Notes: generated by a model from the letters alone, not told the origin. A DNA stretch of 63,006 bases, filler included, from Actinomycetales bacterium (GCA_045807245.1; 4 parts of 4 records of this genome joined end to end with filler, not necessarily neighbours in it), one strand, 5' to 3'. Counted from the whole stretch's first letter, positions 39,400 through 50,601 are shown. Translations and numbers: made by a program.

Positions 39400-40134
39400 T
39401 CAGCCGCCGCGGACGAACAGGCACAGCACGTCGCTGTCCTGGGCGGTCGGGTTGGTCACCCGGTGCGGCCAGTCGGACGGGAAGGTGAGCGAGTCGCCGG
39501 GAGCGAGCCGGTAGGTGCGGTCGCGGACGTGGACCTCGATCTCGCCCTTGACCACGTAGTTGAACTCGTGGCCGGCGTGGCGCACGAACTCCTCCGGGCC
39601 CGGCGACGCCGCTCCAGCCTCGTAAGTGATGAGCAGGCAGTCGACCCCAGGCAGCGAGTGCCCGCCCACCTGCCGGCAGATCTCGCCGCCTTTGAGGGTC
39701 ACCACCTGCTGAGCCGCGCGGGGGACGAGCTCGAGCACCTCGGACAGGTGCGCGTCGAGGCCGTGCACCACGCCGGGCACGGCGGGGGCACCGCCACCGC
39801 TGGGCCGTGACCGCTCAACCGGTCCGGTCGATGCGAGTCCGGCGAGCGAGCCCGGGCCAGAGGCAGGGCCCGGGCCAGAGGCAGGGCCCGGGCCAGAGGC
39901 AGGGCCCGGCGCAGGGCCGAAGAAGATCTCGTCCGGGGTCACCCCGAGCTGGCGGGCCAGCTCGTACAGCGTGTCGACGGATGGGCGTGAGTGGCCGTTC
40001 TCGATCTGGCTCAGCGCGCTCGCGCTGACGCCGACGCGGCGGGCCAGCTCACGCAGCGAGAGCCCGTGCTCCTTGCGCCGCGCGCGGATGTTGGGGCCGA
40101 GGTCGACGGTCCGGCTGGTCGCGTCCTGGCTCAC
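39400..40134 (-). CDS. XRE-family HTH regulator with C-terminal cupin
   Basis: GLSLRELARRVGVSASALSQIENGHSRPSV; HAGHEFNYVVKGEI...GDSLTFPSDWPH. Confidence 0.9.
   Translation of the reverse strand: MSQDATSRTVDLGPNIRARRKEHGLSLRELARRVGVSASALSQIENGHSRPSVDTLYELARQLGVTPDEIFFGPAPGPASGPGPASGPGPASGPGSLAGLASTGPVERSRPSGGGAPAVPGVVHGLDAHLSEVLELVPRAAQQVVTLKGGEICRQVGGHSLPGVDCLLITYEAGAASPGPEEFVRHAGHEFNYVVKGEIEVHVRDRTYRLAPGDSLTFPSDWPHRVTNPTAQDSDVLCLFVRGG
39851..39904. repeat. 18-bp perfect tandem repeat x3 (PASGPG linker)
   Basis: CCCGGGCCAGAGGCAGGG x3. Confidence 0.92.
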
Positions 40135-40237
40135 CCGCGGAGTGTAACGATCCGTTTCGGGTCCCTGGACAATGGCCACGGAGTCAGTGTGCAGTAATGC
40201 TTGACAACTGGCGAGGCCTGAGCCGAGACTTCCGGCC

Positions 40238-41581
40238 ATGTCCGGGTTGGATCTGGTCATGCGGGCCGAGCGCGCCGTCGTGGACGGTGCGCCCGCGCCG
40301 TACAGCATCGCGGTGGCCGGCGGGCGTGTCGTCGCCGTCGAGCCCGGCCTGGACGCCTTGGCCGACGCTGGAGCCGCGCGACATGCGCAACTGGGCTCCG
40401 ACGTCGTCCTGCTGCCCGGACTGGTCGATACGCATGTCCATCTGCAGGACCCGGGCCACACCGAGTGGGAGGACTTCGAGTCCGCCACGCGCGCGGCCGC
40501 GGCGGGTGGGATCACCACGCTCGTGGACATGCCTCTCGACAGCGTGCCGGTGACGGTCAGCCTGGACGCACTGGAGGTGAAGCGCAGCCGGGCCCGTGGC
40601 CGGGTGCGCGTCGATGTGGGGTTCTGGGCCGGCGTCACCCCCACCAACCTGGCCGAGCTGGCCGGGCTGCATGACGCGGGCGTCATGGGCTTCAAGTGCT
40701 TCCTGGCCAACACCGGGCTGCCCGAGTTCCCACCGGTCGATGTCGCGCAGATGCGGTCGGCGATGGCCGAGCTGGCCCGGCTGGACGCCCTGCTCATCGT
40801 GCACGCCGAGGACGCCGGCCAGATCGACCGCCATCCGGAGGCATCAACCCGCCGCTATCTCGACTTCCTGGCCAGCCGGCCCAAGCAGATCGAGAACGTG
40901 GCCGTCACGGCGGTCATCGACGCGGCCCGGGAGACCGGGGGTCGGGCGCACGTGCTGCATCTGTCGAGCGGCGACGGGGTCAGCCTGCTGGCGGCGGCCC
41001 GGCGCGCCGGCGTACCGGTCACGGCCGAGACCTGCCCGCACTACCTCGCCCTCACGGCGGAGGAGGTGCCGGACGGCGCCACCGAGTTCAAGACGGCCCC
41101 GCCGATCCGCGAGGCCGCGAACAACCAGCGGCTCTGGGACGGCCTGGCCGACGGGACGATCGGGCTGGTCGTGTCCGACCACTCCCCCTGTACGCCGGAC
41201 ATGAAGCAGGTCGACACCGGTGACTTCGGCGGCGCGTTCGGGGGCAGCGCCTCGCTGCAGATCACGCTGCCGATCGTCTGGACGGCCGCGCGGGACCGAG
41301 GCTTCGGGATCGACGACGTCGCCCGCTGGATGTCCACGGCACCGGCGGCCCTGACCCGGATGCGGCACAAGGGTCGGATCGCCGTCGGGTACGACGCGGA
41401 CTTCTGCGTCCTCGCGCCCGAAGAGACCTTCGTCGTCGACCCGGGCCGGCTGCACCACAAGCAGCCGCTCACCGCCTTCGCCGGTCGCACGCTCGCGGGG
41501 GTGGTCCGGCAGACCTGGCTGCGGGGCGAGCCGGTCGGCGACACCCCACGTGGTGAGCTGCTCGACCGGCGTACCGCCTGA
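40238..41581 (+). CDS. allB: Allantoinase
   Basis: PGLVDTHVH, GGITTLVDMPL, GFKCF, VHAED, HVLHLS, ETCPHYL, SDHSP. Confidence 0.9.
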   Translation: MSGLDLVMRAERAVVDGAPAPYSIAVAGGRVVAVEPGLDALADAGAARHAQLGSDVVLLPGLVDTHVHLQDPGHTEWEDFESATRAAAAGGITTLVDMPLDSVPVTVSLDALEVKRSRARGRVRVDVGFWAGVTPTNLAELAGLHDAGVMGFKCFLANTGLPEFPPVDVAQMRSAMAELARLDALLIVHAEDAGQIDRHPEASTRRYLDFLASRPKQIENVAVTAVIDAARETGGRAHVLHLSSGDGVSLLAAARRAGVPVTAETCPHYLALTAEEVPDGATEFKTAPPIREAANNQRLWDGLADGTIGLVVSDHSPCTPDMKQVDTGDFGGAFGGSASLQITLPIVWTAARDRGFGIDDVARWMSTAPAALTRMRHKGRIAVGYDADFCVLAPEETFVVDPGRLHHKQPLTAFAGRTLAGVVRQTWLRGEPVGDTPRGELLDRRTA

Positions 41582-41610
41582 CCCGTTCATCACCCGACGA
41601 AAGGCCGGCC

Positions 41611-42342
41611 ATGCGCATCCTGCTCGTGAACGTCAACACCACGACGTCGATGACGGAGACCATGGCGGCGTCCGCGCGACGGCACGCGTCACCGGGCACC
41701 GAGATCGTCGCTCTCACACCGGCGTTCGGCGCCGACGGCGTCGACACCGCGTTCGAGAGCCTGCTGTCGGCGGTGGGGGTCATGGACGTGGTCGTGACGT
41801 ACCCCGATCCGTTCGACGCCGTCATTCTCGGTGGGTTCGGTGAGCACGGGCGCGAGGGACTCCAGGAGCTGACCGAGGGGCCGGTCCTGGACATCGCCGA
41901 GTGCTCGGCCCACGTCGCCTTGATGCTGGGCCGCACCTACTCGGTCGTCACGACGATGCAGCGGTCGGTCGGCGCGATCGAGGACCGGCTCCTGACCGCC
42001 GGGCTGTTCGACCGCTGCGCGTCCGTCCGCTCGACCGGTCTGGCCACGCTCGAGCTCGAGCGCGACCCCATCACGGCCTTCGACGCGATCGTCGACCAGG
42101 CCCGTCGTGCCGTGGCCGAGGACCACGCGGAGGTGCTCTGCCTGGGGTGCGGCGGCATGGCCGGGCTGGACGAGGCCGTGGCCGCCGCGACCGGCGTCCC
42201 CGTCGTCGACGGCATCGCGGCCGCGGTCACACTCGGCGAGTCACTCGTCCGGATGGGCTTGCGCACCAGCAAGATCTGCACCTATGCGCCACCGGACCCC
42301 AAGCAGATCACCGGCTGGCCACTGTCCGCGCCGCCGCGCTGA
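41611..42342 (+). CDS. Allantoin/hydantoin racemase (Asp/Glu racemase family)
   Basis: MRILLVNVNTTTSMT, FGEHGREGLQEL, LGCGGM, PVVDG. Confidence 0.88.
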   Translation: MRILLVNVNTTTSMTETMAASARRHASPGTEIVALTPAFGADGVDTAFESLLSAVGVMDVVVTYPDPFDAVILGGFGEHGREGLQELTEGPVLDIAECSAHVALMLGRTYSVVTTMQRSVGAIEDRLLTAGLFDRCASVRSTGLATLELERDPITAFDAIVDQARRAVAEDHAEVLCLGCGGMAGLDEAVAAATGVPVVDGIAAAVTLGESLVRMGLRTSKICTYAPPDPKQITGWPLSAPPR

Positions 42343-42346
42343 CCGG

Positions 42347-43120
42347 TCAGGAGGCCGGGCCGAACTCCGTCGTGACCGCTTCGACCAGCCGGGCGACAGC
42401 CGCCTCCCACAGCCGCTCACCGAGTTCGATGCTCGCCCGGCTGGGCTCGGCCAGCACACCTGACCCGGTGAGGTAGTCGTCGGGGGGCGGCAGCAGGTCC
42501 CAGGACGGGTAACGCTCGGAGCGGTCGTCGGCGATGCGGTCGGTCCGGACGAGGTCCGGCCGGGCGACCATCATGAGCGAGGTCTCGACCATGGACGCAT
42601 GCTCGCGCTCCCACCCCTCGAAGCCCGCCGGGAACATATGGGCCAGCTGCTCCGCGGCGAACGGCGGGAACGGGTTCTCGATCAGCAGCACCCTCAGTTC
42701 CGGACGTCCCGCCAGCGCCAGGTCGCACGCCTCCCAGAGGAACCCGGCGTTCTCCAGATGCCAGTTGTGCACCACCAGCCGTCGGAACCCGCTGCGCGCC
42801 AAGCCCTGCAGGACCTGAGTCAACAGCGGCATCAGCACCGCGCCTCGCACCGACACCGTGCCGGGGAACCCCTCTCCCCCACCGATGAGCGGGCGCGAAT
42901 GCGCGCCGTACGTCAGCGCTGGCGCGACCATCAGGGGGATCCGCCGGGCCGCCTCGGTGGCGACCGCGACGGGAAGGATCACGTCGGTGCCCACCGGCAG
43001 GTGCGGGCCGTGCTGCTCGGTCGCGCCGACGCAGACGACGACGGGTACGTCGGCGGCTGCCGCCGCGGCCGCTTCCGGGCCGGTGAGCGAGGCCAGATCG
43101 AGGTGGGGCAGCGCCGGCAT
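42347..43120 (-). CDS. Creatininase (creatinine amidohydrolase) family protein
   Basis: GATEQHGPHLPVGTD, GGEGFPGT, NWHLEN, GWEREHA..ETS. Confidence 0.88.
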   Translation of the reverse strand: MPALPHLDLASLTGPEAAAAAAADVPVVVCVGATEQHGPHLPVGTDVILPVAVATEAARRIPLMVAPALTYGAHSRPLIGGGEGFPGTVSVRGAVLMPLLTQVLQGLARSGFRRLVVHNWHLENAGFLWEACDLALAGRPELRVLLIENPFPPFAAEQLAHMFPAGFEGWEREHASMVETSLMMVARPDLVRTDRIADDRSERYPSWDLLPPPDDYLTGSGVLAEPSRASIELGERLWEAAVARLVEAVTTEFGPAS

Positions 43121-43167
43121 CGGGGTCCTCCCTGGGTGGCGGGCCTGAGCCGTGGTGAGGTTGTCCT

Positions 43168-43788
43168 GTGACCGAGCACTATTTCACCGAGCGGCCGTCG
43201 AGCGAGCGCGACCGCAAGTCCGTCGCCCTCCGGTTGCGCGGGCATGACGTCACCGTCTCGACCGAGGCCGGCGTGTTCAGCCACGAGCGGGTGGATCTCG
43301 GGACGCAGGTCCTCCTGCGCTACGCACCGGACCTGCCCGCGCAAGGTGACCTCCTCGACCTCGGCTGCGGGTGGGGTGCGCTCACGATCGCCATGGCACT
43401 GGACTCACCGCAGGCGACCGTGTGGGCCGTCGACGTCAACGAGCGCGCGCTGTCCCTGACCGCGGACAACGCCGCCGGGCTGGGCCTGTCGCGCGTGCGG
43501 ACCGGGCGGCCCGACCAGGTCCCGCCGGACGTCGAGTTCGCCACCATCTGGTCCAACCCGCCGATCCGGGTCGGCAAGGAGGCCTTGCATTCACTGCTCC
43601 GGCAATGGCTTCCGCGACTCGCGGTGGGCGGTGTGGCCCACCTCGTCGTCCAACGCAACCTCGGTGCCGACTCGCTGCACGCGTGGCTCACCAGCGCACT
43701 GGCCGAGGACGCCGCGCGCGAGTACGACGTGAGCCGGATCGGCAGCGCCAAGGGCTACCGGGTGCTGGAGGTCCGGCGACGCTCCTAG
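43168..43788 (+). CDS. RsmC-like class I SAM methyltransferase
   Basis: GVFS...DLGT, LDLGCGWG, SNPPIRVGK. Confidence 0.9.
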   Translation: MTEHYFTERPSSERDRKSVALRLRGHDVTVSTEAGVFSHERVDLGTQVLLRYAPDLPAQGDLLDLGCGWGALTIAMALDSPQATVWAVDVNERALSLTADNAAGLGLSRVRTGRPDQVPPDVEFATIWSNPPIRVGKEALHSLLRQWLPRLAVGGVAHLVVQRNLGADSLHAWLTSALAEDAAREYDVSRIGSAKGYRVLEVRRRS

Positions 43789-43806
43789 CCGCCGGCCACC
43801 CCAGCG

Positions 43807-45675
43807 TCAGCCCGCGGGGTGCACCACCATCGCGGAACCACCACCGCGGCGTACCGGTTCCGCCGCCGCCGTGAACGAGCCGTCGCCGTAGATCCGCACC
43901 GCCGCGGCGGCACCGATCTCCGGGTTCGCCTTCAGCACATGGCCCAGCGCCTCGAGCTGCGCCGCCGTCGGGGAGGCCAACAGCGCCGGCTCGGCGTCCT
44001 CCAGCCCGTTGCGCGAGGACAGCCGCGGCGCCGCGATGGCGTCCACGAGCGGGAGCCCGCGGTCGACGTACTCGGTCAGGACCTGCAGCACCGTCGTGAT
44101 GATCGTGGCACCGCCCGGAGAGCCGAGTGCGAGCCACGGGTGGCCATGGCTGAGCACGATGGTGGGGCTCATCGACGAGCGCGGCTGCTTGCCAGGACCG
44201 GGCAGGTTCGGGTCGGGCACCCCGGCCGTCAGCGGGACGAAGTCGAAGTCGGTCATCTCGTTGTTCAGCAGGAACCCATAGCCGGGGACGGTCATCGCCG
44301 ACCCACCGGTCTGCTCGATGGTCAGCGTGTAGCTGGCGACGTTGCCCCAGCGGTCGGCGACGACGAGGTGCGTCGTGCCGTGGTCGTCGCGAGCCGCCAG
44401 TTCGGCCCCACTCCTGGTCGCGCAGTCGCCGTAGTCGCCGTCCGGCTCCCCGTACGGGATAGGTCGCGGCTGAGCAGTCGTCGGCGAGAACAGCAGGCAG
44501 GCCCGCTCGTTCGCGAAACCTTGCGAGAGCAGCTGTTTCGCCGGTACGTCGGGCACGTCACCGATCCAGCGGTTCCGGTCGGCGAACGCGGTGGCACTGG
44601 CCTCCGAGAAGCGGTGCAGGTACTGCGTGTTCGAGACGTGCGACAGGGCCGTACCGGTCTGCGCGTCGTACGCCTCGAGCAGGTTCAATGCCTCGCCGGT
44701 GGCCAGGCCGCCGGAGCTCGGCACGCCCATGCCATAGACGTCAAGGCCCCGGTACGTCGTGTGCGTGGGCGCCTGCCGCCGCGCGGTGTAGCGGCGGAGG
44801 TCAGCCGCGGTGATCAGGCCCTTGTAGACGTCCACGCCCGGCGCAGTCTGCGGGTTGCGCGCGGTGGCGACGACCGCCTGACCGAGCCCACCGTCGTAGA
44901 ACCAGCCGGCTCCCTTGTGCCGCAACGTGTCGTAGGTGCGCGCGAGGTCCGGGTTGCGGAACGTGCTGCCGACGGCCGGAGGGTTGCCGCCCGGCAGGAA
45001 CAGCGCCGCGCTGGCCGGGAACTTGGCGAACCGGGCCGCGTTGTCGGCCGTCTGCTGGGCGAACGTCGCGTCGACGGTGAACCCGTGCCGCGCCACGGAC
45101 TCGCCCGGGGCCAGCAGGCGGCTCAACGACCACGTTCCGAACCGGCGGGCGGCCTTGTCCCACAGCGCCAGCGTGCCGGGGACGCCCACGGAGAGCCCGG
45201 ACGTCACGGTGGTGGCGAAGTCCAGCGGGCTGCCGTCGGGAGCGGTGAAGACCGTGGGCGTGAACGCCTGGGGTGCGCTCTCGCGCCCGTCGATCGTGCT
45301 GACCCGATGGGCAGCGTGGTCGTAGTAGACGAAGAAGCCGCCGCCCCCGATGCCGGACGAGTAGGGCTCGGTCACGCCCAGGGTGCCGGCCATCGCGACC
45401 GCGGCGTCGGCGGCGTTGCCACCCGCCCGCAGGACCCGGATCCCGGTTGCGCTCGCGGTCTGGTCGACGCTCGCCACCGCACCGCCTCCGCCGGTCATCA
45501 CCGGCACCTTGGGCGGGGTCGGCGCGCTCGTCGAGGAGCGCGAGGCGGCCTCGGACGCCGTTCCGGCGGTCGCCGGTCCGGGGCCAGCGGCCAGGCCGGC
45601 GAGGCCGGCGAGGACGACCGTGACGCCCGCGGTCGTCGCCAGGGCAGCCCGGACGGATGAACGGATGTGGGACAT
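43807..45675 (-). CDS. ggt: Secreted gamma-glutamyltransferase
   Basis: Signal peptide, GGNAADAA, SGIGGGGF, IDGRE, TTH autocleavage site, PRSSMSP, GSPGG. Confidence 0.94.
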   Translation of the reverse strand: MSHIRSSVRAALATTAGVTVVLAGLAGLAAGPGPATAGTASEAASRSSTSAPTPPKVPVMTGGGGAVASVDQTASATGIRVLRAGGNAADAAVAMAGTLGVTEPYSSGIGGGGFFVYYDHAAHRVSTIDGRESAPQAFTPTVFTAPDGSPLDFATTVTSGLSVGVPGTLALWDKAARRFGTWSLSRLLAPGESVARHGFTVDATFAQQTADNAARFAKFPASAALFLPGGNPPAVGSTFRNPDLARTYDTLRHKGAGWFYDGGLGQAVVATARNPQTAPGVDVYKGLITAADLRRYTARRQAPTHTTYRGLDVYGMGVPSSGGLATGEALNLLEAYDAQTGTALSHVSNTQYLHRFSEASATAFADRNRWIGDVPDVPAKQLLSQGFANERACLLFSPTTAQPRPIPYGEPDGDYGDCATRSGAELAARDDHGTTHLVVADRWGNVASYTLTIEQTGGSAMTVPGYGFLLNNEMTDFDFVPLTAGVPDPNLPGPGKQPRSSMSPTIVLSHGHPWLALGSPGGATIITTVLQVLTEYVDRGLPLVDAIAAPRLSSRNGLEDAEPALLASPTAAQLEALGHVLKANPEIGAAAAVRIYGDGSFTAAAEPVRRGGGSAMVVHPAG

Positions 45676-45767
45676 GTGCGGACCCCCGGCGTGGACGGCT
45701 GAGCGCATCCGACGCTAGCCGCGGCCCGCCGCACCCGCGACCGGAGAGACCGCGCCCGGGCCGGTGC

Positions 45768-46522
45768 TCAGCCGAGCTCGTCGGGGAGCCGCACCACGCC
45801 GTCGGCCACCAGCTCGGCCGGCCCCCGCAGCTCGACTCGGTGGCCGGCCAGCGCGGTCACGACGAGCGAACCGCCGGGAACGTCGACCCACCAGATGTCC
45901 GGAGCGCCGGAGCCGGCCCAGGCTCGGGTCGCCAACGCCGCGGCCGCCACACCGGTGCCGCAGGAGCGGGTCTCGCCGACGCCCCGCTCGTGCACCCGCA
46001 TGCGGATGTGGCCGGCGGCGAGCGGGGTCACGAGCTCGACGTTGGTCCCGTGCGGCGGCGCCGGCTCGACGCGGGGGCCGGTCGTCAGGTCGGCCGCCTC
46101 GAGCTCGGCCAGCCCGGGCAGGGCGACGACGACGTGCGGGTTGCCCAGATCCAGGGACAGCCCGCGTAACGGGCCGGGCAGCCCGGCCACGGTCACGTCC
46201 GCATCTGCACCGGCGTTGCCTTCACCTGCGGGCAGGCGCCACGGGCCGAGATCGACCGAGATGGAGCCGTCGGCCTCGAACCGGACCCATTTCACGCCCG
46301 CCCGCGTGGCCACGCCCAGCGGGTCAGGACCGCCCGCAGCGGGCGCGGCCACCAGACCCTCGCGCAGCAGGTACGTCGCGAACACCCGCACGCCGTTGCC
46401 GCACATCTCCGCTATCCCGCCGTCGGCGTTGCGGTAGTCCATGAACCACGGCGCCTCGGCTGCCTGCTCCGCGACCTCCTCGACCGCCCTCGTCGGCACG
46501 ACCCGGATCACCCCGTCGCCGC
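45768..46522 (-). CDS. dapF: Diaminopimelate epimerase, 3' part
   Basis: NADGGIAEMCGNG, GNPH, ERGVGETRSCGTG. Confidence 0.95.
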
Positions 46523-46622
46523 NNNNNNNNNNNNNNNNNNNNNNNNNNNNNNNNNNNNNNNNNNNNTTAATTAATTAANNNNNNNNNNNNNNNNNNNNNN
46601 NNNNNNNNNNNNNNNNNNNNNN
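46523..46622. other. Artificial contig linker
   Basis: N-TTAATTAATTAA-N. Confidence 0.99.
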
Positions 46623-48336
46623 CGACGTCGCGATCATGATGGTCGAGGCCGAGGCCACCGAGTCCGCGTGGGCGCTCATCACCGGTGAGAACGTCGCACC
46701 TCCGACCGAGGAGGTCGTGGCCGAGGGCCTCGAGGCCGCCAAGCCGTTCATCGCCCAGCTGTGTGCGGCGCAGGCCGATCTCGCGGGCCGTGCGGCCAAG
46801 CCGGTGCAGGAGTTCCCGACCTTCCCGGACTACCAGGAGGACGCTTTCGCGGCCGTGGACTCCGCGGTCAACGGCGACCTCGGGCACGCGCTGACCATCG
46901 CCGACAAGCAGGAGCGCGAGGCCCGGATCGACCAGATCAAGGCGGAGGTCCTGGAGCGCCTCGCCCCGAGCTTCGAGGGACGCGAGAAGGAGCTGTCCGC
47001 GGCGTACCGCTCGGTGCAGAAGAACCTGATCCGCCAGCGGATCCTGCGCGACAAGATCCGCATCGACGGGCGCGGTCTGGCCGACATCCGCCAGCTGTCG
47101 GCCGAGGTCGAGGTCGTCCCGCGCGTGCACGGCTCGGCGTTGTTCGAGCGTGGCGAGACCCAGATCCTGGGGATCACCACACTGAACATGCTCCGGATGG
47201 AGCAGCAGCTCGACACGCTGTCGCCCGAGACGCGCAAGCGCTACATGCACAACTACAACTTCCCGCCGTTCAGCACCGGCGAGACCGGCCGCGTCGGCTC
47301 GCCGAAGCGGCGCGAGATCGGGCACGGTGCACTCGCCGAGCGGGCGCTCATGCCGGTGCTGCCCTCGCGTGAGGAGTTCCCTTACGCGATCCGCCAGGTC
47401 TCGGAAGCGTTGGGTAGCAACGGTTCCACGTCCATGGGCTCGGTCTGCGCGTCGACCCTCGCCCTGCTGCAGGCCGGTGTCCCGCTGCGGGCACCCGTGG
47501 CCGGCATCGCGATGGGCCTGGTCTCCGACACCGTGGACGGTCAGACCTCGTACGCCGCTCTGACCGACATCCTCGGTGCGGAGGACGCCTTCGGCGACAT
47601 GGACTTCAAGGTCGCCGGCACCAAGGAGTTCGTCACCGCGATCCAGCTCGACACCAAGCTCGACGGCATCCCGGCGTCGGTCCTGGCGAGCGCGCTGACC
47701 CAGGCCCGGGACGCACGGTTGCACATCCTCGACGTGATGGCCGAGGCCATCGACACGCCGGACGAGATGTCGCCGTACGCGCCGCGAGTGATCTCGGTGC
47801 AGGTGCCGGTCGACAAGATCGGTGAGGTCATCGGCCCGAAGGGCAAGATGATCAACCAGATCCAGGACGACACCGGCGCCCAGATCTCCATCGAGGACGA
47901 CGGCACCGTCTACATCGGCGCGACCGACGGTCCCTCGGCGGAGGCGGCGCGGGCGATGGTCAACGCGATCGCCAACCCGCAGATGCCGGAGGTCGGCGAG
48001 CGCTTCCTCGGCACGGTGGTGAAGACGACGACCTTCGGTGCGTTCGTCTCGCTGCTGCCGGGCAAGGACGGCCTGCTGCACATCTCCGAGATCCGCAAGC
48101 TGGTCGGCGGCAAGCGCATCGACAGCGTCGACGACGTCGTCAAGATCGGCCAGAAGATCCAGGTCGAGCTCAAGGAGATCGACCCGCGCGGCAAGCTCTC
48201 GCTGGCCGCAGTGCTGAACGAGGGCTCCGGTGACGGCACCGCGGCCGACGGCGGCGGCTCGGACGTCTCCGCGGACGTCTCCGGCGACGCTGTCTCCGTC
48301 GACACCGTGTCGGACAGCGACAAGATCGACGCCTGA
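46623..48336 (+). CDS. pnp: Polyribonucleotide nucleotidyltransferase, 3' part
   Basis: [35 protein letters not shown] (IGPKG) and S1 domains. Confidence 0.97.
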
Positions 48337-48337
48337 C

Positions 48338-49681
48338 GTGGCAGGAGTCCCGCTGCCGCTGACCCGCGGGACTTCGGGCACGGTCGCCGGGCAGGCCGGT
48401 GGCGCCTTGGTGCGCCGCACGGTCCTGCCCGGCGGCGTCCGGGTCCTCACCGAGTCGGTGCCGGGCGTCCGGTCCGTGACGCTCGGCTGCTGGGTCGGCG
48501 TGGGCAGCAGGGACGAGGCGCCGGGCTACCAGGGGGCGACGCACTTCCTGGAGCACCTGCTGTTCAAGGGCACCGCCCGGCGGTCGGCGCTCGACATCGC
48601 CGTGGCGTTCGATGCCGTGGGCGGTGAGTCCAACGCGGTGACCGGCAAGGAGCACACGTGCTACTTCGCCCGGGTGATCGACGAGGACCTGCCCCTGGCG
48701 GCGGACGTCATCTCCGACATGGTGACGTCGGCGACGATCAGCCCGGACGACGTGGCGAGCGAGCGAGGGGTCATCCTCGAGGAGCTGGCCATGAACGACG
48801 ACGACCCGGGCGACGTCGTGCACGAGCGGTTCGCCGCCGCCGTGCTCGGGGCGCACCCGCTGGGCCGGCCGATCGGTGGCACACCAGAGACCATCGCCGC
48901 GATCGACCGTGAGCACGTCGCTCAGCACTTCCGGGCCAACTACGTGGGCCCCGGCCTGGTCTTCACCGCTGCCGGGTCCCTGGACCACGACCTGCTGTGC
49001 CGGATCATCGCCGACGAGCTGTCGCGCGACGGTGTCGCGCTCGGTCCGGAGGCGGACCCGCTCCCGCGTCGCAGCGGTCCGACGGCTCTCATCGAGGGAG
49101 TCACCACGCCGGTCGTCGTGCGCCGGCCGACCGAGCAGGCCAACGTGCTGCTCGGGACGACGGCCATCACAGCGGTCGACGAGCGGCGGTACGCGATGTC
49201 GGTGCTCAACGCCGTCCTCGGCGGGGGGATGAGCAGCCGTCTGTTCCAGGAGGTGCGCGAGAAGCGCGGCCTGGCGTACTCGGTCTACTCGTTCGCGCAG
49301 ACGTACTCCGATGCCGGCTACTTCGGCATGTACGCCGGCTGCACGCCGGCCAAGGTCGACGAGGTCATCGCCCTGATGAGTGCCGAGCTCGAGCGGATGG
49401 CCGACACCGGAATCAGCGACGACGAGCTCGAGCGGGGGATCGGCCAGCTGCGCGGCGGCCTGGTGCTCGGCATGGAGGACACCGGGTCGCGGATGTCGCG
49501 CCTGGGCAAGGCCGAGCTGGTCTTCGGCGAGTACGTCGGCCTCGAGGAGGCACTGCAGCGGATCGGCTCGGTCACGGCCGAGCAGGTCGCCGTACTGGCC
49601 AGGGAGCTGGCCGAGGGCCCGCGCTCGCTGACCGTCGTCGGGCCGTTCGACGAGGACCGGAGCTTCTCGGTCGGGCGCTAG
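48338..49681 (+). CDS. M16 family zinc peptidase
   Basis: HFLEH inverted Zn motif, GGGMSSRLFQEVREKRGLAYSV. Confidence 0.93.
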   Translation: MAGVPLPLTRGTSGTVAGQAGGALVRRTVLPGGVRVLTESVPGVRSVTLGCWVGVGSRDEAPGYQGATHFLEHLLFKGTARRSALDIAVAFDAVGGESNAVTGKEHTCYFARVIDEDLPLAADVISDMVTSATISPDDVASERGVILEELAMNDDDPGDVVHERFAAAVLGAHPLGRPIGGTPETIAAIDREHVAQHFRANYVGPGLVFTAAGSLDHDLLCRIIADELSRDGVALGPEADPLPRRSGPTALIEGVTTPVVVRRPTEQANVLLGTTAITAVDERRYAMSVLNAVLGGGMSSRLFQEVREKRGLAYSVYSFAQTYSDAGYFGMYAGCTPAKVDEVIALMSAELERMADTGISDDELERGIGQLRGGLVLGMEDTGSRMSRLGKAELVFGEYVGLEEALQRIGSVTAEQVAVLARELAEGPRSLTVVGPFDEDRSFSVGR

Positions 49682-50476
<795 letters not shown>

Positions 50477-50495
50477 CCCGAACCTTGCTCTCTGG

Positions 50496-50597
50496 GTGCT
50501 CCCCGCCGCGCGCGGTGCTCCCTGGCGCCCGGTGGATGCCGGCCCTGACGGGCCCCATCACCGGGCTGCGGGGAGCACCGCGCGGGCTGGGGAGCAC
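50496..50597. repeat. About 100-nt imperfect inverted repeat between convergent genes
   Basis: GTGCTCCCC..GCGCGGTGCTCCC..GCCCGGTG pairs with CACCGGGC..GGGAGCACCGCGC..GGGGAGCAC. Confidence 0.8.
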
Positions 50598-50601
50598 GGG
50601 G

